The position numbers and the translations under genes were made by a program. A stretch of 64,000 nucleotides of DNA from Octopus sinensis. Its lineage: Eukaryota. Location: positions 46,004,001 through 46,068,000 of the forward strand of contig NC_043015.1 of assembly GCF_006345805.1 (NCBI RefSeq). Reading direction: 5' to 3'. Positions 1 to 12,664 of the stretch are shown here, in pieces; within the stretch, counting starts at the first letter, position 1, and the number at the start of each line of letters is the position of its first letter. The notes beneath the pieces are model-generated. The model was not told the DNA's origin, made no database searches, and saw only the letters and a program-made list of their open reading frames with translations.

Positions 1-15
1 AACCTTCCTCCACCC
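1..15 (+). CDS. QKI: 3' end of an upstream QKI/How exon (..PSST, phase 1), truncated by the window edge
   Basis: ACC C|GTAAGT consensus donor at 16-21; phase 1 matches all downstream QKI exons. The KH/STAR exons would lie upstream of the window. Confidence 0.6.
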
Positions 16-366
16 GTAAGTTTGGGAAGTGCCGTGCAGTTTCAGCTGTGTGTCATGGTTTTTCTGACAGCTTAGAATTCACTCTAGCTGCACCTGCCCT
101 CTTATCTTAGCCTGCAACTCTTTTTTTTTTTTTTTTTTTTTTCCTCTCTGTCTCTTCCGACCCCTTCTTCAAATTCCCCTTTTTTCACTCTCCTTGGGCT
201 CCTCCTTGCCAGTCTTATTGCCTCGAAACATTGTCATTATTCCTGGCCCCCTTCTTCCCTCCCCCACTGCTCTTTTTCATTTCTAGGTTGATTTTTTGCT
301 CTTTGAATTTGATTTGTTTTTGTTTTTTGATTTGACTTTTTTTTTTACCTGAATTTTTACCTGTAG

Positions 367-395
367 AGATGTTCTCAGTGGAACAGATGCGATGA
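367..395 (+). CDS. QKI: candidate alternative terminal/poison exon of QKI ((Q)MFSVEQMR*)
   Basis: Long U-rich tract ending TTTTTACCTGTAG at 364-366; phase-1 reading reaches TGA at 393-395. Confidence 0.3.
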
Positions 396-635
396 CAATC
401 TTTTATGAATTGCTTAGAACAATTTGATCTTTTTGAATTTGGGGAATGGTGGGGAGTTGAAATTGCTTAGTATATATAAGCTTAAACCTAAATCTGTGAT
501 AATTTAATCTGCATGGGAGCCCTGTTATCGCATGTGTTATGTCTTGGAGTTGCCTCATCCAACAATCAATAGCCTTCTCTGGCTGGCTTTATAGTTCTGA
601 TAGACTATTAAAATCTGTCTTGTGCATTTAGTTGC

Positions 636-675
<40 letters not shown>

Positions 676-2277
676 ACTGTGTTTCTAATCCAACCACAGG
701 TTTGCTTGCATGCTAAAAACATGATTGTTCTTTCCTTTTTTTTTTCTTTCCTTTTTTTTTTTTTCCTTCAATTAAACCTAATTAATCGGGTAACATTCAG
801 TAATCAATCACTTCAGGTGTAGTATTGAGGGTTTTAAATCATTTTGAAACCAATTCCAGGTTAATAATAATAGTTCTTATAAGGGTCTTTTTTTTTTTTT
901 TGTTTCACCCCTCCCCAAAGGGTTTTAATTTGATGTTAGATTTTTCTCATACAATAAAATTGTCTGGTTTTCTTTGTCATTTTATAATGAAAAATTTAAT
1001 TAGGGTTTCTTTAAGCTTAATATTTCAAAAATTTCCCTTGGATGGTTTTTGTTATAAATATGTACTGACAGTAATGGTCAAAGAATCTGCCATAAACAGT
1101 GACTGAATTTGAAAAAATTACTGTATAAAACATCTTAAAGTTATTTTTAAGACATAAGCAAGAAAACTTGAAGTTTTCATTAGTAAAGCTAAGAGTGAAT
1201 TATTTTAAATTTAGATGAGCGAAAACTGATGGTTAGAGTAATCGCAAAATTGCCATTTTGCAACAGAATTTTGTTGTTTTCCTCATTAACAAGTTGTGGA
1301 AATGTGAAAATAAATGCTCTACATCAGTATTGAAATCCATTTGATTTGTATAGCTGAGTTGAATAGTTGTCGGATCACGTGGTTTCATGTGTTGCTGTGA
1401 AGATGATTTTAGGATTAACCCAATGAGAGCATCTCCCAGTAAGATACTGATGTAGATAGGTACGGGTATAATTGTGTAGTCAAGCAGTCTGCTTCCTACT
1501 GACGTGGTTTGGGTTCAGAACCATTATGCAGTACCTGGGCAAGTGTCTTCCATTATAGCCCTAGGATAATCAGATCTTTGTAGATTTTGATAAATGGAAA
1601 TTAAGAGAAGCCTTATGTGTGTGTGTGAGTGGAGTTCTTGGCATCAGGCAATAGATATGAGTGTCACTGTCATGTAAGCAGTGTCCTTGGTTTCTAATCT
1701 GACATGGACATATGTCAGGCCCCATGGGAAAATATTACATTGCTTGGAAACTACCAAAGGTCTTGATCCAAGGACCACCGCCTGAGAAAATCTGCCTCAA
1801 TGAATTTTGTCTAACTCATGCAAGCATGGAAAAGTGGACATTAAAATGATTTTATATAAAATGGTAGCTACTTGCTACCAGGACGAATAAATGGGTGCTT
1901 AACAAGTTTAATGATTAATATTTAATTCTTAAGGGGGTGAGCTGGCAGAACTGTTACCTGTGCCAGGTGAAATGCTTAGCGGCATTTTGCCCAATCTTCA
2001 TGTTCTGAGTTCAAATTTTGCCAAGGTTAACTTTGCCTTTCATTTTTTTCAGGGTTGATAAAAAAGTACCAGTTGAGTACTGGGGGTCAATGTTAATCAA
2101 CTTTACCCCCCCCCCTGCCCTGAAACTGCTGGTTTTGTGCCAAAATTTGAAAGCAATATTAAAATTCTTGAAATTCATTAGGGATTTTTCGGCCTTTTCT
2201 CTCCGTTGTTTATTTGTTGAATCTACAAGTATGCTTCCTTATGGAGATATTTCGTTTGTGGAGGGGCCGATTAATTC

Positions 2278-2313
<36 letters not shown>

Positions 2314-4133
2314 TATATGGAAAATAATAAGCAGATTCTAAGATCAATTCATTCTTTGATAGTCTCTCCTGTTTCTTCGGTTTTTTCTCTTGCCATATAA
2401 TGGCCTTGCAAATAGGCAGCAGGACTGGCTAAATTTTATTTCCTATAAACTTGCTTTCCAATTTCTCGTCACATTTATTCCCTACTTATTCCTATGTTGT
2501 TTTTCCCCTTAGCATTTTCTTTTAAGGGTTTTTAACATTTACATGAACTCCTCTTAGTCTCTACTTTTCTTCTCCTTCCTCCTCCTTTCCTGTTTTGCTG
2601 AATTCCAAGGTCTCTCAACTCTACAAGCTGTTGACTATAGACTTTTCATCCCATGAAATGGCTTTGTTTCTTTGTTTCTTCAAGGAAGTTTTCCAAATGA
2701 AAATTTAAAACAGCAAGCAGCTGAAATTTCTTCCAATTGAAATGAAATGATTTAAAAAGGAACAAAAAAAAAATGATTATGATTTTCTATTGTTTTTCTG
2801 AAGATTAATTGTAACATTCAGTAATTTTAATAATTAATGACATTAATATCACGAACAGCATATATTTAGTTTTGACAGCTGAGATATAATGATGTATTTT
2901 TATGCAAGTTATAATGTGCTATATGTTAAATGAAAACTTTTGCTAGCTCCTAATGTCGTTAGACGTTGACTGAATAGTTTAAAAGCAGTGCTTTTCAAAC
3001 TGGGTCCCATATAAGATTTTGCTGTTAAAATATTTTGTGTTTTGTAGAAGCATATAACCAATTTGTTGCACAAATATTTTAACAATTTTTTTATGCATTT
3101 ACTAATATTTAATTTTAAAAATGAGTCCATAGGCAAAAAAGATTTTAAAAATGGTTGAGAACCACTGGTTCAAAGCAACCTCAAGCCCAAATGGACAGTG
3201 CAGGAAGTTTTTATTTTGGCCCATAAGCAAAGACTAGAAGGGACTGCTGTTGAGGTTTTTACACGAAGATCTTACATTTTAAGATAAAGACATAGTGACT
3301 GTGTTACATATAGTAAGGGTCTTCACAAATGGAAACTTTCCCTGAAGAGGAAAATTATTCAGCCCCCACCCCAAAGGTGCTATCTATTATATCTCTCATT
3401 CAGTTACTGACCGATGATAGTTAAGACTAAGGTCCATAGACGGGAATGTTATATTTTAAATTGCTCTATTTTATGAATTAGCATGCTTTCTTTGTTTTGT
3501 TTGTCTTTGTAAAATAGGGAGTTAGTGGGATTTTTTTTTTTTTTTTTAGCCTTACATTTAAATTATTGGGTAGTTTTTTTATTTTTTTTTTTGCACTTCA
3601 GTTTTAGCATGTAGTTTCTAAGTTGTTTTAACTGTGCTTTTATTTTATTTATTTATTTATTTATTTGATTTATAGCTGGGATAAAGGAGCTGCGTGACTC
3701 AGTTTATTTTAAACCAAATTATTGTTTACATTTTTTTGAAGAAAAAAAAAAAAAAGGGCTTTAATTTTTGGTTGCGTTTTTAGTTTTCGGGTGTAGGGGT
3801 CATTTATCAAAAGATGCCTGTAGACATTGCTCTTTGTGGCATTTACCAAACATAATTTAAAAATTTTTTTTTTTGTTTACCATCATTTTGAATTTATGAA
3901 TTCTATTTCAAGTTGGTACCTCCCACCCACTAGGAAGGAAAGACAAAATGACTTTAGCTGGGCGGGAAGTGCTACACGGGCTAGCTAGATTTTTTTTTTT
4001 CTTTTTTTTTCTTTTAGACTCTTAAGTAGTATCTATCTGTTGTTGTGACTTCTTTTGCGGGGGGTGGGATAATCCAGAAAGACATGATCTGAAAGTAGTT
4101 TTATGACTTTGAATCCACTCTATCAACAATCAG

Positions 4134-4250
4134 ATATGTCTGCCGATGGAAGTGGCCTCAGCGGTTTGAATATCCCGAGTGCGGGCTGCCCCCTGGTTGT
4201 TGGCAACCAGCTCTCCTCCTTTGATCAGGTGATAGCTTCCAAATTTCCGG
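4134..4250 (+). CDS. QKI: QKI cassette-type exon, 117 nt, phase 1-1 (MSADGSGLSGLNIPSAGCPLVVGNQLSSFDQVIASKFP)
   Basis: GC-rich island in an AT-rich intron; CAG acceptor at 4131-4133 (weak pyrimidine tract); CGG|GTAAGA donor; frame-preserving with no stop. Confidence 0.65.
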
Positions 4251-5341
4251 GTAAGAACCCTTTTCTTTTCTCACGTCTTTAATATTAGCATGACCCTCAA
4301 GGCCATTCTCTAAAAAAATCTTTTTTCCTTTCCTCTGACCTTAGGGATCTAGTTATTTTGTACTCCCTATAGACTGTAACAAGGAAATTGTATAATTGGG
4401 TGCTAAGGTAACGGTTTAGTTGTATATATGTACAGTATTTGTATTTGCTATATCTCTGCTTTAAAAGTTGATTTAATATAAAAGAATTTTCATCTTGTAT
4501 GTCTGAAGCAGTTGTTGGTTATTCGATTTTCAAGGACAGAGAAATAAATACAATTGTTACCTCATTTGGTTGTTATTTAACCCCACCCCACAAAAATGTA
4601 AAATTTCTCACCTTTTTTTTGGTAATGTTGTATTTGGCCCTTCAAGACCTTACCCTTGATGCTGACCAAAAAACCAAATTGAAGAAGTTAACTGATACTT
4701 ATTAAAAAAGATTAGTTTTTACTCATACAGTTTTGAAAAACAAAAAAATGGTTTACTCATAATAAATTCAACTTAAACTATTTGAAAGCTAAAACATAAC
4801 TTACTTATACAAATGTATTTCTGTGTGTGTGTGCGTGTGTGTAACATTTTACTAAATCATGGCCCTTGAATGCTCTAAACTAGGGATTTTTTATTAACAC
4901 CTAGTTTTTCCATTAAAATGTTTTTAAAATTCATCCAGTGCTCCTTTCTCCCAGCAATGGCTGTTGGTCTAATTTTCTTTATTCTGCATTTTAATGTTTT
5001 AAATTTGTAGCTTTTTAAAAAAAAAACTTTTTTTAATAAAAAAAAATGTTAGTATTTTAATTTTAAAAAAAACATCTAAAATCTGAATATTTTTGTCATA
5101 ACTCTTAATTAATAAACTTTGTCTTAATTTGTAATATCAATTGTAATTGTCCATTTAAAACTATAATCACTAAAGAATTTAATTAGTCTTAAATTTGTAT
5201 TTATTTTTTTTCATTTCATATGTTGCATTATTTTCATTTCTTTTTTTTGTTTTTTTTTTTTGTGGTTCTTTCTTATAATTTTTTCTGTTTCTTTGAACTT
5301 TCTAGGAAACTTGGAATATAACTTAAATACTTTCCTTTCAG

Positions 5342-5593
5342 AAGCTCCTCGAATGTGTGCTCCTCCGTTGACCATTCCACAGCTGCGTGCCGCTAACCCT
5401 AGCGGTGGTCAAATCATCCTGGCACCTCGCCTACCTTCAGTCGCCACAAGTACAGGCATACTAAATGGGGCACCGCCACCCCTCGTTTCTCCGCCAGATC
5501 CCAACCTGATGTACAACCCCTATGAATATCCATATGCACTGGCAGCACACACTGCAATTTTGGAATATCCTACTATTGATCAAACTCAAACTG
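5342..5593 (+). CDS. QKI: QKI/How proline- and tyrosine-rich exon (EAPRMCAPP...LMYNPYEYPYALAAHTAILEYPTIDQTQT)
   Basis: TTTCCTTTCAG acceptor and CTG|GTATGC donor; 252 nt, phase 1-1. YNPYEYPYALA..ILEYP matches the vertebrate QKI signature YTPYEYPYTLA..ILEYP. An in-frame alternative AG at 5304-5305 would add 12 aa. Confidence 0.93.
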
Positions 5594-5613
5594 GTATGCC
5601 TTTTGTCAGATAG
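5594..5613 (+). CDS. QKI: short C-terminus by read-on past the donor (GMPFVR*), How(S)/QKI-6-like
   Basis: The frame continues GGT ATG CCT TTT GTC AGA TAG; it resembles the recalled short tails of Drosophila How(S) and QKI-6. Confidence 0.6.
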
Positions 5614-5770
5614 TTGAAGATTGTATATTTATTGGTTCTTTAAATATTTTTATTTTAAATCTTTGGGGGACTCCCCCCTAGTTTGTGACTATTTGCTATT
5701 GCTTTATTTAATTTATATATGTGTGAAAATGTGTGTGTGTGTGTGTATATATATATACACACACACACAT

Positions 5771-5801
<31 letters not shown>

Positions 5802-7270
5802 AGCTAGTATCATACACAACACCGCATTAGCAGATAAATATTCTCCATTTGTGGATTAACAAGGCAACCAACTGTTCCATGCAGTGGAGGTCTTCACAAT
5901 TGTTCAATCACACCACATTGTGATCCTGGTACATTTCACCATGGTCTTGACCTGGTGAGCTTAAACAATTGTGGAGACCTCTTCCACGTGGAACCGTGGG
6001 TTCCTTTTAATCCAACAAATAAAATTCACGCACATACACTTTTTTTTTTTTTTTTACACCTTTTCTTTGGGATGGGGTACAGGGTCTGTTTCTCCCTTGC
6101 CCTCCTTATCTCACTCTTTCACACCCTGTCTGAGAATTTAAGGCAGTAGATGAAGTCTTGATGCTATCTGTGTAAAATTGAAAAATTCATAAGAATATTG
6201 TTTGCTGATGAAAAAATGAGGTGGGGGAGAAAACATTCCATGGTTTATATACACTTGTTTAGCTCAGGCATAATGTTGTTGTTGTTGTTTCACTCTTGGT
6301 TGTGCTCTATACTGGCTCCCCCTCCTCTCAAATGGATGTCATCTCTTACAGGAATTGAAATTTTGTGCAATTTATTCCCTCCATTCATATTTTCTATCTT
6401 GGTTGTTGAACCAACATCATCTGTTCAAGACTGTGATAATCCCATACACATATATATATATTTTTAATTTTAATTTTTCTGTTTTTCTTTTTATTTTATT
6501 TTCTAAGTGTCATTAAGTTCATCTTGTTCTGACTTTTTTTTTTTTTTTTCTATCTCAATTTGGTTTCTTTCCAAGCAAAAATGTGTATCACTTCTCCCTG
6601 CTTCACTATTATCATAATTTAAAAAAAAAAAAAAAAAAAAAAACGGGGAAAAAAAAAATATCTTCATTCAGCCCCTGTATGGCAGCTTTTTTTTTTTTTT
6701 TTTTACTTTTAGATTTACCTAATGGTTGTTAATATGGCAATATTCTTCAAGAACATCCAACTTGCTCCGTTCTAATATCTCTCGACAGCCATAACCAATG
6801 GAGAAATATTACATCACATAAAACTGATGCTGTCGTACTCTGATAAATATTAAATTAAATTGATGGTTATATGAAAAATAGACTTGGCTTAAATTTCCCT
6901 TTTCTTTCCTGACGAAGAGAAAAATTAATTATTGTAAGAAGAAAAAATATTTAACAAGTCTTTCAAAATTGGTATTAGTAATTTAAATTATATACATATA
7001 TATATATAAATTGTTTCAATTTGTTATAGAATTTTGGAAGCTGATATTCAGATTGGTTTGTTTTTACTTTTGTTTCTAAAAATATTTAATGGGTACGTTG
7101 GTAGGACTTCTTGTTTTTATTTCTTTTCTAAATTTATCTTTATAAACGTCCCCTTCATTGACTTCACTTTGTCTGTGTTCCTTCCCATTCAGCTGCTCGC
7201 TAAGTCACTTTCTTGCGATTGGTCATTGTAGCTCTTTTCAGTCTGCTTCTTCTCTTGCATGCTTTTGCAG

Positions 7271-7309
7271 ACATACATACTCTACGCAGCAGATACGCAT
7301 CTTCTGAAA
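7271..7309 (+). CDS. QKI: candidate 39-nt QKI microexon ((D)IHTLRSRYASSE), phase 1-1
   Basis: Pyrimidine tract with TGCATG ending TTTTGCAG; donor AAA|GTAACG; frame-preserving with no stop. Confidence 0.4.
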
Positions 7310-8898
7310 GTAACGTCATTTATTAGTATATAATTTGAAATATAATATATGGTTATATTTCAAATTCTTTGTCACCAAACAGGCCATCAGTATTTAAGTT
7401 CTCCAGGGAGTATATTAAAATCTAGGCAATTTCTTTCTAAGTGTGTATTTGTGAGATGGTGGTCGTTGTTCTATAAATGAATGATTTGGGGGTAGGCTTA
7501 CTATATTGTTAATTTAGACTTGTTTTTACTCCCCCGTTTTGGAGTAGGAGATTCGTATTGAGTGCTCCTTTGTATTTTAGTTTACATACATGCTAAAGCT
7601 TGCTTTTTTTTTAAATTCTAAATTTAGGTATTTATCAGGCATTCCTAAATACTGATAATTTTGTTTGTTGGCTCCCTCTTTTTTTTTTTACTCTTTATTT
7701 TTTTTTTGTCTTTTGAGACCAGCAGTTCCCTAAATATGGAATATGATGCCTGCTAAATTGTTACTGTTGGTTAGGGGGTAAGGGTTGCATTGCCAAGACT
7801 AGAACTGTTTTGATTGTTGTTTTTGTTAGAAAGTTTGGTTATTATCCTTGCAGTTTTTCCACAAGCTGAAAGTTGGGAGTTCGAAATTCAAAAAAAAAAA
7901 AAAAAAAAAAAAAAACAACAAAAAGTACTTTTGAAGAAAAGTAAAAGAAAAAAAAAATAGTGTTTTAAACTTTCAACAAAGGCTTTTATATTACTGGGAA
8001 TGAGGTGGCAAGCTGGCAGAATTGTTTACTATACTGGACAAACTTCTTAGTGACCTCTTTTCTGGCATCTTCACATTGTGTTCAACTGCTTCGGAGGTCA
8101 ACTTTGCCTTTCATCCTTTCAGGTTTGATAAAACAAGTACCAGTTAAGCACTGGTGTCAATGTGATCGACTTGTCCCCTTCTCCAAATTTCAAGCCTTCT
8201 TGCCTACATTAGAAAGAAACACTAAAAATTCCCCAAATAGAGCAGATGTTATTTACCTTGTCTAAACAGATAGAACACACCTGCATGAATGGATTTTCCT
8301 CTGAAAGTTAACTCCTAAGTGATAAGCGTGCGTGGAAATCATGTTAGAAGCTTATTAAATGATTTATTTTTCCTTAAGGTGCATCTTCACTACTAGAGTT
8401 TAGCTGGGGTTTTTGTTTTTTTTCTTTAATTTTTTTTTTTAAAGAATCGTTTGACCTTATTTCACCTTTTTGCTTAACCCCTGATAAGGGCCACTATGAA
8501 GTTATCTGCATTAAAACTCTGCCCTGTCCCTATAGTTGGGAAATTCACTCCTATACACTTGTCACAACATGAATCAAATTTAAGCACTGGACCTTTATAA
8601 AATTTTTTTTTTCATTCTATTTTAAAATATCGTAATGGCAAACCTCTTTTTATAAAATTTATTTTAGAAATGATCATTTGTGCTGATTTTATCTATTGAC
8701 TGCTTTCATTTTGGTCTGACTTTTGACCTTCAAATACCATTTAAAAAAAAAAATAAAGGGAATTCCTGACCTCCCTCCCCTCTTATCTATCATTTATTCA
8801 TGTATAATACACACTTTTCCTTTGGATTTTTAAAGTTATAAATATCAGCTGTACATATCGTATGCAAGATCTGTTAATACCTTCTTTGCCTCCATCAG

Positions 8899-9016
8899 GT
8901 GTGTTGCCATATTCATGACAACCATGATGCGCAATGAAGAGTCAATTAATAACAGTTATGTTGCATTCCTCCTCTGTGATAGTGCTAATGTAATTAACAT
9001 TTGGTACAACTAACAG
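8899..9016 (+). CDS. QKI: candidate stop-containing QKI exon (GVLPYS*, TGA 8916-8918)
   Basis: CTTCTTTGCCTCCATCAG acceptor; possible donor CAG|GTACAC at 9017; ACTAAC at 9009-9014. Confidence 0.4.
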
Positions 9017-9774
9017 GTACACGTCCCAGGCCCTCAGTACAAAAGGCCAGGCTGTAATTTTTTCACATTTAAATACCACTTAAAAAACTGCATTATGTGA
9101 ATAATTGATAATAATACATAAATACTATTATAAGAACGTGAAGATAAGCAGGGACATACTTTTGTTTCTGGAATATTGTAATTACAAACTGCCATTGTGT
9201 GTGTGTGTGTGTGTGTGTATTAATTTTTTTTAATTGTTTGTCATTTGACTGCTGACATACTGGAGCACAGCCTTGAAAGGTTTTAGTTGAAGAAATCAAA
9301 CTTTGTACTTATTCTATCGGTCTCTTTTGCCGAACCGCTAAATTACGGGACATAGTCACACCAGCATCGGTTCTCACAAATATGATGGGCTTCTTTCAGT
9401 TTCTGTCAACCAAATCCACTCGCAAGGCTTTGGTCGGCCCAATGCTATAGTGAAAGACACATGCCAAAGGTACCATACAGTGGGACTTGAACCCAGAACC
9501 ATGTGGTTGGGAAGCAAGCTTCTTACCACACAGCCACACCTATATATGTATAAAATTTGAGTCCTCCGTTCCAGTTTTGCATAAGTCATACAGAATTTGC
9601 CAATGCAGATTTTCTATAGCCAGGTGCACTTTGCTACCAACCCTCTGTCTTCAAGCAAGGTTATACTTGCTCATTGCTAGACACCTTTTTTTTTAAAAAA
9701 AAAATCAAAAATTGCATTTATGATGGTGATGCTCAGTGTAGTCATCACACAATACCTTGACAAGGGTACTCACT

Positions 9775-9818
<44 letters not shown>

Positions 9819-10734
9819 ATGGGCTTCTTTTAGTTTCCATCTACCAAATCCACTTACAAGGCTGTGTGGTTAGCCTGTGACTATAGTAGAACACACTTGC
9901 CCAAGGTGCCACAGGAAGTGACTGAACCCAAGACCACAATTTCTGGCCTGCATGGCTGTATATAAACATCTTTCTATTAAAAGTATTCAACAAAGAAACT
10001 ATTTAAATGCAAGTGTTTTTATGCCCTTTTACACTGATCGGATTTTTACGATTCAAAAGTTAATTTCTACAGCCTGCATTAATAAAGATCCCTTTTTGAA
10101 TTTGCAATTCATTTTTAAATTATACCAAACCTTTCTATATACATATACCATGAATATAAGAAAATAAGTGTGTATTATACACAGAATTTTTTTTTTTTTC
10201 ACTTTCATTATGATAGGATTTCAGAGCCCATGCAAATTACATGGTACATATTAATATTATTTGGGAAAAAGCAACGGAGCGTTCGGTGAAATTGCTGTGG
10301 GGAGAGGCATATCTGATGTTTCAATCAAATCCCTTCTCAAGGATAAAGTTGACAGGAGGAAAATAAGATAGCCAGCCAGGCTTTACATCCTTAATGTTTT
10401 TCTCTCCTTTCAGTTTTACTCTGAAGAAGCATGGTCTGAACTGGTGGATACTGACTCCACTCCTTCCCTCCCTACAGCAGTTGCTTTTTCCCCAAGTGAT
10501 ACAAGCCTTACTGATGCAGACCATCACCGGTCTGCTTGGATTCTGTTATGTTTTTTTGAGTACATTTCCAAATTTGTTTATTACATGGATTTTTAATTTG
10601 AATAATTCTCTGTATTATCTGCTCTACTTATTTGTCCTAAAATGAGTCTTTTTTTTTTTTTTTAATTTACTGCTTTTTCTTTTCTTTTCTTCAAAACTGT
10701 ATTTTAACATTCTAAGCATTTTGAATTATTGTAG

Positions 10735-10808
10735 GTCCTATTCCTAAAATCAGGAGAACACTCTCTGGTGTCAGAGAACACCCTTACAATAGGGTGGCTC
10801 TCCCCTGA
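10735..10808 (+). CDS. QKI: QKI-5/How(L)-like nuclear tail (GPIPKIRRTLSGVREHPYNRVALP*); exon extends to 10824
   Basis: TTGTAG acceptor at 10729-10734, phase 1; KIRR...REHPY matches the RxHPY nuclear localisation tail of QKI-5 and How(L); CAG|GTTAGT donor at 10825. Confidence 0.9.
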
Positions 10809-11572
10809 TCTTTCTCAAAAGCAGGTTAGTCCCCAATTTAATACAGGTTCTATCTTGAAGTTTTTTTTTTTACTTATTTATTTCTTTGTTTCATTTAAAG
10901 ATATATGAACAGCTTTAAATGTTTAATCAAAACAACGTACCCACCACCCATCCATCCACCCATCCACCCAGATACCAAAAATCAATTTTCCAGCTTGGTA
11001 TTTGAGACCAGTTTAAAATCCGATCAACTGTAACCATTCAAGCATTTGTTTGCCAGTTCGACAACCGTTTTCATGCACCAATGCAAACTCTGCTCAGCTT
11101 AAATGCTGACTCTGTGGAATATATTTCAAGTTACTGTTGCCAGCTGAACCACAACCAACTCGACTTGTGAATGATTGGTTTTTATTTATTTATTTTTTTT
11201 TTTTTTAAGTATTGTTATGTTATCTGGACCATCTCTGATTTCCAGTCCGCCGCCGCCCTAAAAATTTACCTACCCCAAAAAAAAAAAAAAAATTAAAGTT
11301 TATATATTTTGCTGTGTTTTGAGTTTGAAATTTGCAGCAGTACTATTTTTGGATTTCAAAAACGAATATTAAGGAAGGAATCGTGAACTCTCTCATTTGC
11401 ACTCTTACTTGCACTTAAACACACACCCGCACACAACTTCTTTGCCGCCATGGTAACTAAAGTTGTTGAAAGCATTCTCATAATTGCTGTCCTGATATGA
11501 AACATCGTTAACTGCTGCAAGCTAGGACTTTTTTTTTTTTAATTTTATCAAATCATTATATAAATACAATAT

Positions 11573-12108
11573 ATAGAGATGTTCGTCATAAAGTCCTAAA
11601 AGTTTTTAATATTTTACTTCCAAACAAAATGCCAATATTTATTCAAAGAATTTTAGCAGATATTGGGATTTTTTTAATATTTTTTTTTAATTACATCATG
11701 GGAATCTATCCATTTGTTCTTGCTGGCAAACCAAACCACTTCAGAAGATTCTAATCAAATAAACAGATTTTGTTAGATCAGAAGGGGTTTTTTTTTCCCG
11801 AGACTTCATTGAGACACACTTTCAGTTGTTCACCTGTACTTCATCTTTGAATGATCATGTAAATTTTAAATATTCCTCTGAAGGCTACATAAAATGGTTG
11901 CTGCAGAAATCATCTTTTTTTTTCTTAAATTGCTTTTAATACATTTACCAAATTGTCCTTGCACGTTATTCCCCCAAGGAAGACAAATTTCACAACAGTA
12001 AAAATTTTAAAAATCTCCAATATTTGCTAAAGTGTTTATTGAATTTTTTAAATATATTGCTTTCATTTGGAAATTTGTAGAATTTTTAGGACTTTATAAC
12101 CATCTTAA
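11573..12108. mobile_element. old MITE with ~110-bp degenerate inverted repeats
   Basis: ATAAAGTCCTAAAA vs TTTTAGGACTTTAT, and TTTAGCAGATATTGG vs CCAATATTTGCTAAA. Confidence 0.55.
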
Positions 12109-12614
12109 ATTATTATTTTTTCTCCCCATTCCTCACCATGTCTGAGACTGATGTTTTCTGTGAAATTTAGTGATATTTTAGCCAGAGTTGAAATTTAGCT
12201 ATAGGGCCCAACATACAGTGAGTCAGAGATTCATGTGGAAACTCAGGTTTTTGTTTTTTGATACATATACATATTTTGTGTTGTGACTTTGGATATTAGG
12301 TACATGAAATTTTTGTATATAAATATTACTTTGCTCTTTCTTCTGTCCATGTCTTTGTCTCTCTCTCATTCTTTGTTTCATTCTTAATCTTTCTCTTTTC
12401 TCTCTCTTTCTCTCTTTACTCTTTTTCTCACTGTCTCTGTCAATTGCTTCTGGACTTTCCAGATTCGATTTCTTGTAAAAGACAAAAAAAAAAAACACTG
12501 AAATTTGTCAAATGTATATTCTGCTATATTTGTGCTTTGATATTTTTTTTAAATTATATATACATACAAATATATTTAAAAAAAAAAAAAACATTTTGAG
12601 CTGGAAAGAAGAAA

Positions 12615-12664
12615 AATAAATTTTCACGTGCAATTTTTTTTTTATTATTTATATGTAGAATAAA
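12615..12664 (+). terminator. candidate intronic polyadenylation signals (two AATAAA) for an unspliced UTR after exon 10735
   Basis: AATAAA at 12615-12620 and 12659-12664, followed by GU/U-rich sequence, at the end of a SINE-free stretch. Confidence 0.3.

Noticed and set aside
3901-4030. Possible QKI exon LGTSHPLGRKDKMTLAGREVLHGLAR
   Set aside because: Weak AAG acceptor, no convincing donor, and it runs into poly-T and a stop.
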